DNA of 59,474 bases, the filler included, from Bipalium vagum (Eukaryota): the NCBI GenBank assembly GCA_037834085.1. It is 3 parts of 3 records of this genome, joined end to end, with 100 filler letters (N's around TTAATTAATTAA, not from the genome) between each part and the next. Parts side by side here need not be neighbours in the genome. Positions count along the whole stretch, not along the records: positions 1 to 23,046 come from JBBMKC010213588.1; positions 23,147 to 41,861 come from JBBMKC010021843.1; 1 more part is not named here. One strand, given 5' to 3'. The notes beneath the pieces were generated by a model. The model made no database searches, was not told the origin of the DNA, and was given only the letters and a program-made list of their open reading frames with translations. The position numbers and the translations under genes are program-made. Shown one piece after another: positions 13,941 through 26,035 of the stretch (position 1 is the stretch's first letter; the number at the start of each line of letters is the position of its first letter).

Positions 13941-14540
13941 CCGATATGAGTTTGACTCCAATATCTTTTAGCTGTATTTGTCAAATATTCAGCATTCCTT
14001 TAAATCAATAAAACGTACGTCAAAAATCTTTATTTAATCGCATTATAATCTATACCAAAGATAATCAACAATTATCTTGATAGTATCTCTCAGTAATTCA
14101 GAAAATATATGGTTACCACAAAGTTATTGTTGACTAATAATTAACTAATAAAATATACAGAAGGACGACCAAATAAAAATAATAAATTATCTAAAACAAT
14201 TTTTTAAAAAAATTCAAAATTTTTAAATATTTACAAGTTTTGTGAGTCTTCGCAATGAGTCTTTGTTTCTCAATGCTTCTCTTTGAGCTACATCCTTGCA
14301 TAATCTAAACAATAAATAATGAGAACGATACAAACCAAAAAGATAAAATAAAGAAAAATTATTTAAAATCGACATTTTTATGTAGAATTAATTATAATCT
14401 TGAGTCGACTTTAGCACTGTATCTTCGGCAATGTATTGTGGTTTTTTCCTCTCTTACATTTTCTCCCGAAAACTTAAAAGATTCCGAGCCCAGCGATCAA
14501 CACGGAGTCACTCGCTTTTCTGGAGTTCAGCGTGGATAAT
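13941..14540 (-). pseudogene. Putative decayed multi-exon gene of unknown family, divergent from AGL
   Basis: Exon-like blocks (ending 14458; 14304-14235; 14144-14056; 13997-13941) are joined by three phase-compatible GT-AG introns, with in-frame stops. Confidence 0.4.
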
Positions 14541-15118
14541 TAGAGTTGTGTCTCTTCAATTTTATAGTAGTATTGTTGAAAGGCTTGTTTAATTAACTAA
14601 ATATTTGAGCGAAATTCTAAAACCCTCAATAAAAGCATATAGTCGGTTTATTATACAAAATATAAAATACTAAAAGTAGTTATTTACTTTCATAAAAGAA
14701 TATTTTTTTAAAATATAATAAAAATTAACTATTAACCAATTCCAAGTAAATATAAAATTAAAAATATTTATAGTATAATAAATAAAAAAAATACATACGA
14801 AAATAAAACGAAAAATTGAAAATATTACTTTAGTTAAATAATTCCAAAAAAATCTTAACATTATCAATAACAATGTTTTGTTTTTATGAGTAAATTAGTA
14901 CTATTTAAACTTAAATTTCTTATAGGTTTTTAAAAAGTTTTATTATTTTATATTATATTAATTTGCTTGTGTAACTTTGAAACGAATTATTCAATTCTAT
15001 TGTATTAGAGTGATTTATCTGCATATTTTATTAGATCTTTGAATTATTTCTTTTACGAGTACGTGATTGAATGTTGTATCTGTTGACCGGCCTAATAAGC
15101 ATTTAAATTTTAGACAAA

Positions 15119-18100
15119 ATGGTTAAAGATATAGTTATTATGACATTGCAAAACAAAATGAACAATCAATATGAATTACATCGTTTAAAAAAGAGTTACT
15201 TATTTCCTTAGTGATTATTATTCGTTTTGATTTTTTGCTTTCAGATTCGTTTTTACGTCTCGCCATAGGTCACACTTTACAAGGTAAAGCAATCAGAATA
15301 TTTACAAACTTCCCGCTTACGTCAAATATATTCATTCGTGATACATATTCCGAATTGGAAATTATCAATCCTACAGTCGCACAGAAAAAGTATGATACAT
15401 TCGATAATTATGCCGAATTAAAAGCCACTTTGTCCGGTGCCTTTCAATTTTACTTTACCTGTGACGGATCGACGTCAATAGACAACAAAAGTGGCGAAGG
15501 ATATTTCATCATCGATCCGCGATTTACATTCCTCACGAAGGAGACATTCAAAGAAATCCAAATCGAATTGGACGGAATTGTTTTACAGACGTATTTGGCA
15601 AAGAATCTCGGGCCATTCACAGAATGGCCGAGTCGGATTCAGGCCGCTTTGGATGGCAATTACAACATGATCCATTTCACGCCTCTTCAGGAATTGGGTT
15701 ATTCGCGATCTGCTTATTCATTACGCGATCAGTTGAAACTTAATCCTTCGTTTACCAGCTCATCCTCCAGTCCGGTTACCTGGGAAATGGTGGAAAAATT
15801 TGTAGACGATCTCTATCACAAACATCAATGCCTGTCGATGACCGATCTGGTGTACAACCACTCGTCCAACGACAGTCCTTGGATTCACGAACATCCGGAG
15901 TGTGCGTACAACGTTGTCAATTCACCACATCTGCGACCTGCCTATTTGATGGACAGGGTGATCTGGAATCTTACGTTGGACGTTGCGGCCAATAAATACG
16001 AAAATCGCTCACTGAGTAGCATCGTTACCGACCATCATCATGTCGATATAATCCGAAGCATTTTATGGGAGAATATCAACCAGTTGAGACTGCACGAGTT
16101 CTATCTGGCGCATATCGATAACGAAGTGAACAGTTTCAAAGATTTTCTCACCAATCTTGATAGTAAATGGAAGGACAGTGACATTTGGCAACCTGGTGAG
16201 CTGGTACTATCACACAATCAATACAAGCGGTTACAATCGAAAGTCAATCACAAAATCGTAGCGTATCATTTCTATCGAACCCATCGTGACATTGATGCTG
16301 CTTGTATCAAATATCGAGATCTGCTGAACAGACTGAACAGTGAATCGTATCAAACCGTTCAATCACATTTGGAAGCGGCGGTGACGAATTTCATTGCCAA
16401 TGTCAATTACCGATTTATCGACGAGCACGGCTTGAAGCTGAGAAAAGTGTCAGTCAATACACCGCTGATGTGGCACTATTTCTATCATCCATTTGAAGAC
16501 GTTTTTTCGTTGTTGGACTGTGAAGCGCGAATGGATAACGAGCAAAAAATTATGGCCTTTAACGGTTGGGTCATGGGTGATGATCCGTTATCGAATTTTG
16601 CTGAAGAAAAGTGCAACGTTTATTTGAGACGAGAACTTATCGTTTGGGGTGATTCCGTAAAGCTGCGTTATGGCAAAGGTCCGGAGGACTGTCCGTTTCT
16701 GTGGAAACATATGTTTAATTACACTGAACTTACGGCCAAAATTTTCCACGCCATTCGATTGGATAATTGTCACGGTACTCCAATCCATGTGGCCCAAGCT
16801 ATGCTGGATCGTGCTCGAGCTGTGAGACCAGATCTCTACATTGTTGCTGAGCTGTTCACGGGTAGTGAGGGTGTGGACAATGTTTTCGTCAATCGATTGG
16901 GCATCAATTCGTTAATCAGAGAAGCTCAGAGTGCTTGGGACGCTAATGAGCAAGGTCGTCAAGTTCATCGATTCGGTGGATTCCCCGTCGGTGCATTTGT
17001 GCAACAAATACCACGACCGTTACTGAGATCGACAGCACATGCTCTGTTTTACGACATGACACATGATAATGAATCACCGATTTGTAAACGCTCCGTGTTT
17101 GACATTCTTCCAACGGCAGCCATCGTAGGAATGGCGTGCTGTGCCATAGGCAGTACTCGAGGCTATGATGAACTCGTTCCGCACTATATCGATGTGGTCA
17201 ATGAAGAACGACTCTATTCTCGTTGGCAAGAACAAATTACCATGGATACGGGAATTGTTCGAGCCAAATCGCTCATCAATAAATTGCACAAGCGGTTGGC
17301 AGTTGAAAATTTCAATCAGGTATTCGTTGATCAAGTTGATTCTGATGTCGTGGCTGTTACTCGTTTGAATCCAACGATTTATCGATCGGTCATTACCATT
17401 TCCAGCACGGCATTCTCGTATCCGGGTGATAAGCCGGCTCACCGATTCGTGAGAGACATTCATTTATCGGGCAGAGTGGTTGTTATTTTGTTTGAAACGA
17501 AAATCACGAAAATCAGTTCGGAAAGTTTTGAGAAAAACACGACCTATATCAATGGACTGCCTGGAATGAAAACGTGGGTGGAAGAAAATTTATCTCCCGA
17601 AAAATCCAACATGATCACCGTTGAAACGAACTCGAAAACTAACCACGACATTTTGCACTTTCAGAATTTTCCCGCTGGCAGTGTGATCGCAATCGAAGTG
17701 GAACTGATCAAGGAGAACCAAGTCAGTATTAATAAGTTGATGTATGGATTGGCTTCCCAGTTCAATGCCCGACTTAGATCAGGCAGTATGGGTCAGTGTA
17801 TTATTAACGAGCTTATGTTGGAAGAGCAATTGACAAAAATTGATCAAATCGATAACAATGTCGAAATTGAAAATTTAGCCCCCCTAAGAGAGTTACTGGG
17901 CCAATTGAAGATCGTTGATTTGAATCGACTTCTCTATCGTTGTAACGAAGAAGAGAATGCCGATTTTCCCGGTTGCGGAACGTTTGATATTCCGAATTTC
18001 GGACGGCTGTTGTTTTGTGGACTCCAAGGGGTTGTGTCAGAACTGGACATCATTCGTGAACGCAACGACTTAGGCCATCCTCTCTGTGGTAGTTTACGCG

Positions 18101-20812
18101 ATGGAAATTGGCTTTTGGATTACGTGTCTGAAAGACTGCTCAGATATGACGGTGGTCTGCGGAAAATCGGAGAATGGTTACAGGTCATGTTCCAGCCAAT
18201 CAAGAATTTGCCAAGATTTCTCGTTCCATCTTTTTTTGAAATGGTCATCTCGTGTGTTTATAAATTTGCTCTGGAAGAGGTAAGCGCATTGGATTCGATT
18301 GATTATTTATCGATTTCTAACATTTGATTATTATTTCACTCAAGTGCTACTACCAGCTTGGTGACAATGTAGTGTTCGGGTCGAGTTTTATGAAAAATCT
18401 CTCTCTCGGATCGATTATGCTCTGTTCTGTGGTTCGGAATTGTAAGTTGCCTCCTCTGGCTTATAAATACTTCAACGAGCGTTGCACATTGTCTGCCGGT
18501 TTCCCACATTTTGCCGAAGGAATCTGGAGAAATTGGGGTCGCGACACTTTTATCGCGTTGAAAGGACTGACAATTCTCACAAATCGATTTGAGGTTATTT
18601 TTATTGTCTCCTTCCATTCTCAGTGTTATATTTTTCAGTAAATCAAATATATTTTATAATAAATATTGATTTATTATTATTTATATTATCACATTATTAT
18701 TATCATTATATTTTTATTAATGTTTTTAGTTCTACAATTATCCTCAAACTTGATTATTGTTAATTATATTTATTTTAATATCGATTATATTTTCGAAAAT
18801 TTTTTACTTCTACAAAATATTGAAATAATGATTGTCAGTTTCAAAAATACTGACAGGTGTCAATTATAAAATCGACATTATTAATCGCTATTGTTTCGTT
18901 TTGATATTGACTTCTATAAATATTCGATTATTGAATAATGTCAGTTCGGTGTGGAAGGGAAGTTTTCTCCACACGTATTTTGTTCAGTAATGGCTTAATG
19001 GACTGAAAATATTGAAATCTGTTTTCCTTACATTTTCAGGAAGCGCGATCTATAATATTGATGTACGGTGCTACGGTGAGGTTCGGATTGATTCCAAACC
19101 TTTTGGCTGATGGAATGTGCAGTCGATACAATGCTCGAGATGCCACCTGGTTTTGGTTGAATTCCATCAAAGAATATGAGCTTTCTCAAGCAAATTTGGG
19201 TTCCAACAAAGCCAGCATTTTGAAAGTGCCAGTAGCGAGAATGTTTTCTACGGATGGAAGTGATGGGACTTCCATTAAAGAACAGCCGTTGTTTGAAGTG
19301 ATTCAGGAGGTGTTACAGAGACACGGTGACGGGATCAAGTTTACGGAACCGAATGCCGGTCCCCGGATCGATGACCATATGCGTCCGGAGGGTTTTAAGA
19401 TTGAAGTCGGAATCAGGTCTTCCGTTAAATTTCCGTATGGCGGAAACGAGTTCAATTGTGGCACGTGGATGGACAAGATGGGCAGCAGTGAAAAGGCTGG
19501 AAATCGAGGTCATCCTGCCACACCCAGAGATGGCAGTCCAGTGGAAATAGTTGGATTGTGTGCTTCAGTTCTCGAATGGTTATCAGGGTAAAGAGAATTA
19601 TTTACATTGGATATCGTCCTATAAATTATTACATAATAAATTGGCCGGGGCGTATTTTATTTATTGATTAATGTAAACTGTGTTCGGCACATATTATGTA
19701 ATTGTCGATAGGATACGCAAAAGTCAAAATAATAACATTAATAATAGTAATAATCAACATTCAACACTTGGTTTGTTTGTTTCAAATATTCAAGTGCCCC
19801 TGGGCACGTAAAATAAACACCGCATTGTTGTGTACAGATCTTGATCGATTTCCCTCTGGCTTTAGATTGACAAATAGCAAGCAATACCCCTTCCCGGGAA
19901 TTCAATTTAATGCAGGTCTATTGACCTGGGAAGAATGGTACAGTGATTTGAAGAAATATTTCGATGATATGTATTTCATACCGACCAACACAACTGACAA
20001 AGCGTTAATGCACAACCGTGGCATTTATCGCGACACGGTCAATTCATCATTGGGTTTCACGGATACTCAATTTAAACCAAACTTTCTCATAGCAATGACT
20101 GTGGTGAGTGATCCTAATTTTTCCGCGCACCTTCAATAATTATTGATCGGTGATTGTGTAGTTGTGATGATTGATTGTGGAAATGTGTTCAATTTTCAGG
20201 CTCCTGCTCTGTTCAATGTAGAACATGCTTGGATCGCCCTCGATTTGGCCGAAAAGGAATTGCTCGGATATATCGGAATGCGTACGTTGAATCAACGGGA
20301 TTGGGGTTATCGAGGATATTACGACAATAGCAATGATTCTGATGACAAGACCGTTGCTCATGGATTCAATTATCACCAGGGACCGGAATGGATTTGGTTG
20401 ACAGGTTTTTATTTGCAATCGAAGTTGATATTTTGTCAGAAGATTTTTGCCATTGACACACAAAAGTATGCCAATGTTATCAAAGACACCATCTCCCATG
20501 TTCAGGAAGTGCTCGGTCGCCTGGACAACCACATCAAATGGAGTAAATGGCGATCTTTGCCAGAACTGACTAATAAAGACGGAGACGTAAGTTCATTTTC
20601 TTTTCCACAAGTCTTTCCGTGGTCGGTGATATTTTATTAATTAAATCTAAGGCCATAACAAAACTAATTATTACTGTTATTGTTATTATTATTATGCAAC
20701 CTGGCTATTTCAGCACTGTCACCATAGTTGTGAAGCCCAGGCTTGGAGTGTAGCGTGCACACTGGAAGCATTGACTTACTTAATAAGTCTGGAACAAACA
20801 TTGAAATCTTAG
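15119..20812 (+). CDS. AGL: Glycogen debranching enzyme (4-alpha-glucanotransferase / amylo-1,6-glucosidase). Exons 15119-15194, 15245-18279, 18345-18593, 19040-19587, 19866-20103, 20200-20586, 20714-20812; about 1543 aa
   Basis: All six introns are GT-AG and phase-compatible (CDS 4632 nt). Family motifs: YNMIHFTPLQ, RLDNCH, AELFTG, THDNE, WGRDTFIAL, GLIPNLL, RYNARDA, CGTWMDKMG, YHQGPEW, LPELTN, QAWS. Confidence 0.97.
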
Positions 20813-22732
20813 GGTCGCTAAAGGTGGAGTTAATTTCAGATATTTTGGTTTTCTAGAATCAATCTCATTCGGTTTGAGAAAATTACTTTACTTTTTATTT
20901 TACTATATAGAGAGTTTCCCAGAAAAATTAAATTCTGATTTTTCAATCAATTCTTTTGTTTATTTGTTTATTTAAATTTTTTAGATTATTATGTATGAAG
21001 GAAAATCAATTTAAGTGATGAATCAATAAGAAAAATTTTAAAATCTAAGATAATGAGTATTATAAGTTAGGACATTTATTTATTCAATATTTGAGAAAAG
21101 TAATCCCTTATTTTCATGGAAATTAATAACTGTGAGAACTTAAATTTATAATTTTGCAAATTGAATTTTTAAAAATTGTTTAGTGCTAAACATGGTATAT
21201 AGCTTAAATAACTTAATATGAAAGATCAAAAAAGAAAAAAAATCGATAATTTTATATTTGATATTTTTTGTTGGTCCTAATAAGGAAATTGAATAAATTA
21301 ACATCATGACAAAAATATTTGTATTTATTGATTAAAGTTTGTTGAACTACAATAAAAAATTAAAGACGTCAATTATTAATTCGAAACCCACGCATTGTTT
21401 AAACGATACCATCTAATGAAATCTCTAAAAAATTATTTTTTTATAAAACTTTAAGAAAAAGTTTTAAAGAATATTGGGTTTGGTCTCACTATCAGAATAG
21501 TTGAATATTTGAAAAATACTTAGTTTGTTTTGAGAAGAAATATTTTTGAAGATTATTTGATTTTGAACTGAATGACACAAAAATTACAGAAATTGATAAA
21601 TATCTTTATCTTGTAATGGTAAATTATTTTTGAAAAGGAAAGGCCGCGAAAACTCTTCCTCATAATCACCATGAATTACTCAGAATTTGATACTTATCTG
21701 CCAAATACCTGAAAATCTGTTCCCTTTTCCTACGTTAAATGATAAATATATAACTACCATCAAAATACCTCCTTAGTACATTTAGATCAATCAATTTTAG
21801 CTTTGTCAAAGCAAAAAAAATTATTTACTACAATCTTGTTTCACACTAAGCGAAAAAGAATAAGTAACTTACTTTATAATACTGGCTAAATTAAGATATT
21901 ATTTAATTCCTGACAATGTACCCAGTATTCATTGATAGTAATAAAAAAATAACATTTAATGAAGTTGGTTATGTGTTCTTAAAGTCAAACAGTGAATTTT
22001 TCATAGTATTTTATAACATGTGGCTTTAACATGTAAACAACTGATCCATTATTTATTAATTTCTGAATATGTAATAATGTGGAATTACTAAATATAAAGA
22101 AAATTCATTAAAGATAGACAAACTATAGCAATTACTTTTTGTACTACAATTTTATTGAAATTTGAAATTACATTTTACGAAAAATAGTTATATGTGCTCT
22201 AGACTGCATTTAATAATTAATATTGATAGTTATCAAATTGTAGCTTAAGCTAAATAATACATTTACAAGTAATATATATTAATTGCAATCATTTACTGTT
22301 AGTCAGTAAATTGTTGGTTACATTTTTTAAATTCAGAATTTTTTTGTTTTTTTATATCTAAAGTATTGTGGTCTGACAATGGATTTGTTAAGAGTTTCGG
22401 AGTTTAAACTTTAACTCTAATAAAATAATTAGCTTGGAATTCTATTTTAAAATTCTATAATAAATTAATTAAAGTCAAGAAGAACACTACAGGGTTATTC
22501 AATGCAATTAAACTAAATCGTAACCAATGTCAAACAATAAAAATGAATCGATTCTTCAATGAGTTAACTCATACAATTAAATCGAAATATAAATCAATAT
22601 AAATAGTAGTAGAATATGAAAAGTGAGTAGATTTAAAAATAACATAACAAGAAATCCTTACACGAAAATTAGAATTTATCCAACCTAGATGCATCTAAAG
22701 ATAATGTAACTCAAAAGGGTCAGTTGGTTAAT

Positions 22733-23046
22733 ATTAGGTTGTCGTTCGTTCGGTTTTTTTAAAATGAAAAATTACCTGTCAAATTAAATATCTGTAGTAT
22801 AAAATTATATATCATTGAAAGTGAAATATTTATTCGTCATCGGGCAACGCATGGGCACAATGAGAGATTTCTCTACCGCATCGTTACGGGTGAGGAGAAA
22901 TGGTGCCTATATGTCAACATGAAGCAGCGCAAACAATGGCTAAGCCCGGATTGTAAAGGCATCATTTATTACGAACTTCTTAAGAACAATGAAACGGTCA
23001 ACTCAGAACTCTATGTTCAGCAATTGCATCGGCTCAATATCGCAAT
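22733..23046 (+). mobile_element. Internally deleted mariner (DD34D), truncated by the gap
   Basis: TATTAGGTTG terminus; RFLYRIVTGEEKWCLYVNMKQRKQWLSP fused to DCKGIIYYELLKNNETVNSELYVQQL. Confidence 0.9.
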
Positions 23047-23146
23047 NNNNNNNNNNNNNNNNNNNNNNNNNNNNNNNNNNNNNNNNNNNNTTAATTAATT
23101 AANNNNNNNNNNNNNNNNNNNNNNNNNNNNNNNNNNNNNNNNNNNN
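23047..23146. other. Artificial 100-bp scaffold spacer, N44-TTAATTAATTAA-N44
   Basis: Palindromic six-frame stop linker centred in Ns; the same format occurs at 41862-41961. Confidence 0.95.
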
Positions 23147-24373
23147 TAAATTTTATTAAGTAATTTTTTAAGTTTAAATAATTTTTAATTAAAAAGTATA
23201 TTAGATTCTAATTCAATAATGCACAATATATTTGTAAGAAAACTGGCCATTCAATGGAGAACAAAAGGGATTAGCCATTCGGCCATTGCAGCAAGATTGA
23301 ATATAACACGCGATGCAGCCTGCAATTTGTGCGTCTACAGATTGAAAAGAATTAAGTTGAAGGCAGGATCGAAGTTAAAAATGGATAAGGCGTCTAAGTT
23401 GCGTGTAAAACGGAAGATTTGTGTTTTTAATGAAAACAAAGAAAAGGTAAATACAACTAAATTAATAGAAGAATGTGATTTAGATTTATCAAGAAGTACG
23501 GTACACAGATATTTAAGGAAAACTGGTTTCCTATATAAAATGATGTCATCAAAAATTCATTCGACAGCCGGCCAAAAGCAATCACGTTTGCAATGCATAG
23601 GATCATGGATTTCGTTTAATCATGATTGGGATCTCACAATATTTTCTGACAAGAAGCGGTTTTCTTTGGATGTTCCAGATGATTGGAGATCCTATGTACA
23701 CAAATCATCCCCAAGTTATTGCATTAAGAGGCAGTGCAAAGGTTGAAGCGTTATGGTATGGATGATGACAATGCCAAACGGTCTGCTATCTACATTAAGC
23801 TTTTGTCAGATAGTTCTGTGCCCATAATAAAATTAAATTATGGAGAAAATTGGTGGTTCCAGAAGGATAATGCTTCGGTGCACAAAAGTAAGAAAGTGAA
23901 GGAATTCATGAAGAAATCATGTATATTGGAATGGTCGGCCAAAAGCCCAGATCTGAATATTGTTGAGGACTACTGGAAAACAATATTAGGTCTAGTCTAC
24001 GATAGAAACCAGTTCAATGATAAGGATAGTTTAGTTGAAAAAATCACTGCCGTCATAAATCATCACAAGCGATATAAAGTTATTGATTTATACAAGTCAA
24101 TTAGACGTCGCTTATGTGCAGTATTAGAAAAGCATGGTGATTTGTATAATCGTTAGATTTTCCCTATAAATAAATATGTGTCAAAAAATTTGACTTTTTC
24201 AATTGTCATATTTTAATATAATTTAGTCTATTGTAAAATAATATGTGAAACCCACTTTTATTTTCTAATATTCATTACTTTTAACTCGTTTAGTAATCAA
24301 TTTAATAATTTTTTGAACATAAGTTTCTTAGATTTATAAATCGCAGGTGTGTCAAAAAACTTGACTACCAGTA
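23147..24373 (+). mobile_element. Tc1/Tc3-like element; transposase split by a frameshift (23219-23746 and 23734-24156)
   Basis: IFSDKKRFSLDVPDDW, FQKDNASVH, WSAKSPDLNIVEDYW; right end has an inner and outer direct repeat TGTGTCAAAAAA.TTGACT (about 24177 and 24348). Confidence 0.92.
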
Positions 24374-24954
24374 TATAAAATAAATGTTGCTTTGGAATAA
24401 CTGAAACTCATTCAAAGTTCAAGAATTACCAATTGTTAGTTTTCATTTTCTATATGAAAAATAAAAAGGATTTAAATAAAAATCTAAGAGATAATATACC
24501 ATTCGATCCTGTAAAACAAATCCTTTAATTTGATATAACACTTATAAATTGATTATAAATAAATTGATCCCAATACTAACTTCATACTAGATTTATTTAA
24601 TACATTTTTGAAAATTGGTTTAATACTGGCCCAACGTTGTTGTGGAAAATCACCATGTGACAACCGAAAATTATCTTCAATTAGAACTTTGTAAGAACAT
24701 CTAAAAACATCCCTCGTGGAAACTTCATCTCAGCTTAACATGCCACATTCAATAGTAAGAGAAACTCACAAATACAAAATCGGTATGAAGATATATCAGT
24801 ATTCCCCAGTTCACCATCTATCATGATATCAAATATCAATAAGCGTAACTGTCTAAAAATGTACTCTTTCACGGTGTGTCAATATTCAAATTAAACTGTC
24901 AAGTTAATTTACATAATTTGTTATTTAATGATATAAAACTCTTTATCTCTTTAC

Positions 24955-25772
24955 AGAGAAGTAAATTAGGTCTCCAGATTTCATAATCTAGGCTGGAATG
25001 TTTAAAATAAAATTTTTGGTGGAACAGTAACCGGTTCCTTTTTTTAGGAAATGTTAATAGAATATCTGATTCTTAGTTTAAAGAGTATTTTTATTTTTAT
25101 AAATTTCAACGTACTATATTTAGTAGTGTTTAATATTAGTTTAGTAAATGAATCCTTATCCCGCTTGGCAGCTTCTAATGCATTTTTTTCTTTAACTTAT
25201 TCATAAAGCAAGCAACTTCTAAATTGCACTGTTGTCATTGTCATTTTAATAGCATTTTATATTATTTTCAAAATCTAAAATAATAAAATAAACTTTTAAT
25301 TTACCTGTCTTATTATTATTTATCAATAAATATAAAAATAATAGTCGATATTTTAAACTATTTTTGCTTTAAAGTTAATATATGAAGAAGCGACAATACT
25401 TTTCTCTCAGCCTAATATCATATCATTTTAAACCATAACTTTTAAGGAAGGTAAGCATTTATTATTACGATAATCTATATTACTTTCTTTACTTTATTAC
25501 TTTCTTTTATCGTTTAATTATCTTCTTGAATTAATTGTATTGGTTCATCGTGTCCTCCATTTCTGTATTTTTGAATGCTTTGCAAATTTAAATTTGGTAA
25601 GGGAAGAATAATATGAAAATCAAATTATTGAGACCCAAAATCAAACATATTTATCAACAAATGTGGATTAATGATGGATACTAATTTGTGATCTATTTAT
25701 CCATGGCTTTGTGAATGTCCTATGAAATTGTATTAAATCATCAGCAAAGTCTTGAGTTTTAACCAAGAAAAT
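24955..25772 (-). pseudogene. Putative decayed multi-exon gene of unknown family
   Basis: Exon-like blocks 25772-25305, 25274-25115 and 25071-24955 with AG/GT borders; the last junction is phase-compatible; several TAA/TGA stops. Confidence 0.35.
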
Positions 25773-25963
25773 CTAAAAAAATCTAACAATTAAAACTTAT
25801 TCGAAGATGTAAAATGTGGTAAGAAAAGATATATTATTATAATAAAATATTATTATAATTATATTTTAATTATAATTTATTTAATTTATTTATATTTTTT
25901 TAATTATTTATTATAATTATATTTTTATATTATAATATAAAATATTATTATAATCAAATAAGT

Positions 25964-26035
25964 ATTTAATTCGCTCAGCGTCAGAGTAGTCTATGCGCAT
26001 GTGAAAGGTCCTGGGTTCGAATCCCAGTATCTCCT
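25964..26035 (+). pseudogene. tRNA-Ala(CGC)-derived pseudogene or SINE head
   Basis: D-arm GCTC/GAGT, loop TGCGCAT, perfect T-arm CTGGG-TTCGAAT-CCCAG and 3' TATCTCC; the acceptor 5' strand and the anticodon stem do not pair. Confidence 0.75.

Noticed and set aside
18950-19012. Two small hairpins in AGL intron 3, considered as an H/ACA snoRNA
   Set aside because: The hairpins are too short, with no ANANNA hinge and no properly placed ACA.
19794-19807. GTGCCCCTGGGCAC hairpin in AGL intron 4, considered as a Helitron 3' end
   Set aside because: There is no downstream CTRR terminus.
16588-20532. Antisense and alternate-frame ORFs within AGL
   Set aside because: Shadow ORFs of a GC-richer CDS with no recognisable motifs.
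24955-25772. Alternative genetic code or NUMT explanation for the in-frame stops
   Set aside because: There is no similarity to mitochondrial proteins, frameshifts also occur, and the real genes here end in standard TAG or TGA.
25964-26035. Functional tRNA-Ala gene
   Set aside because: The acceptor and anticodon stems cannot pair.
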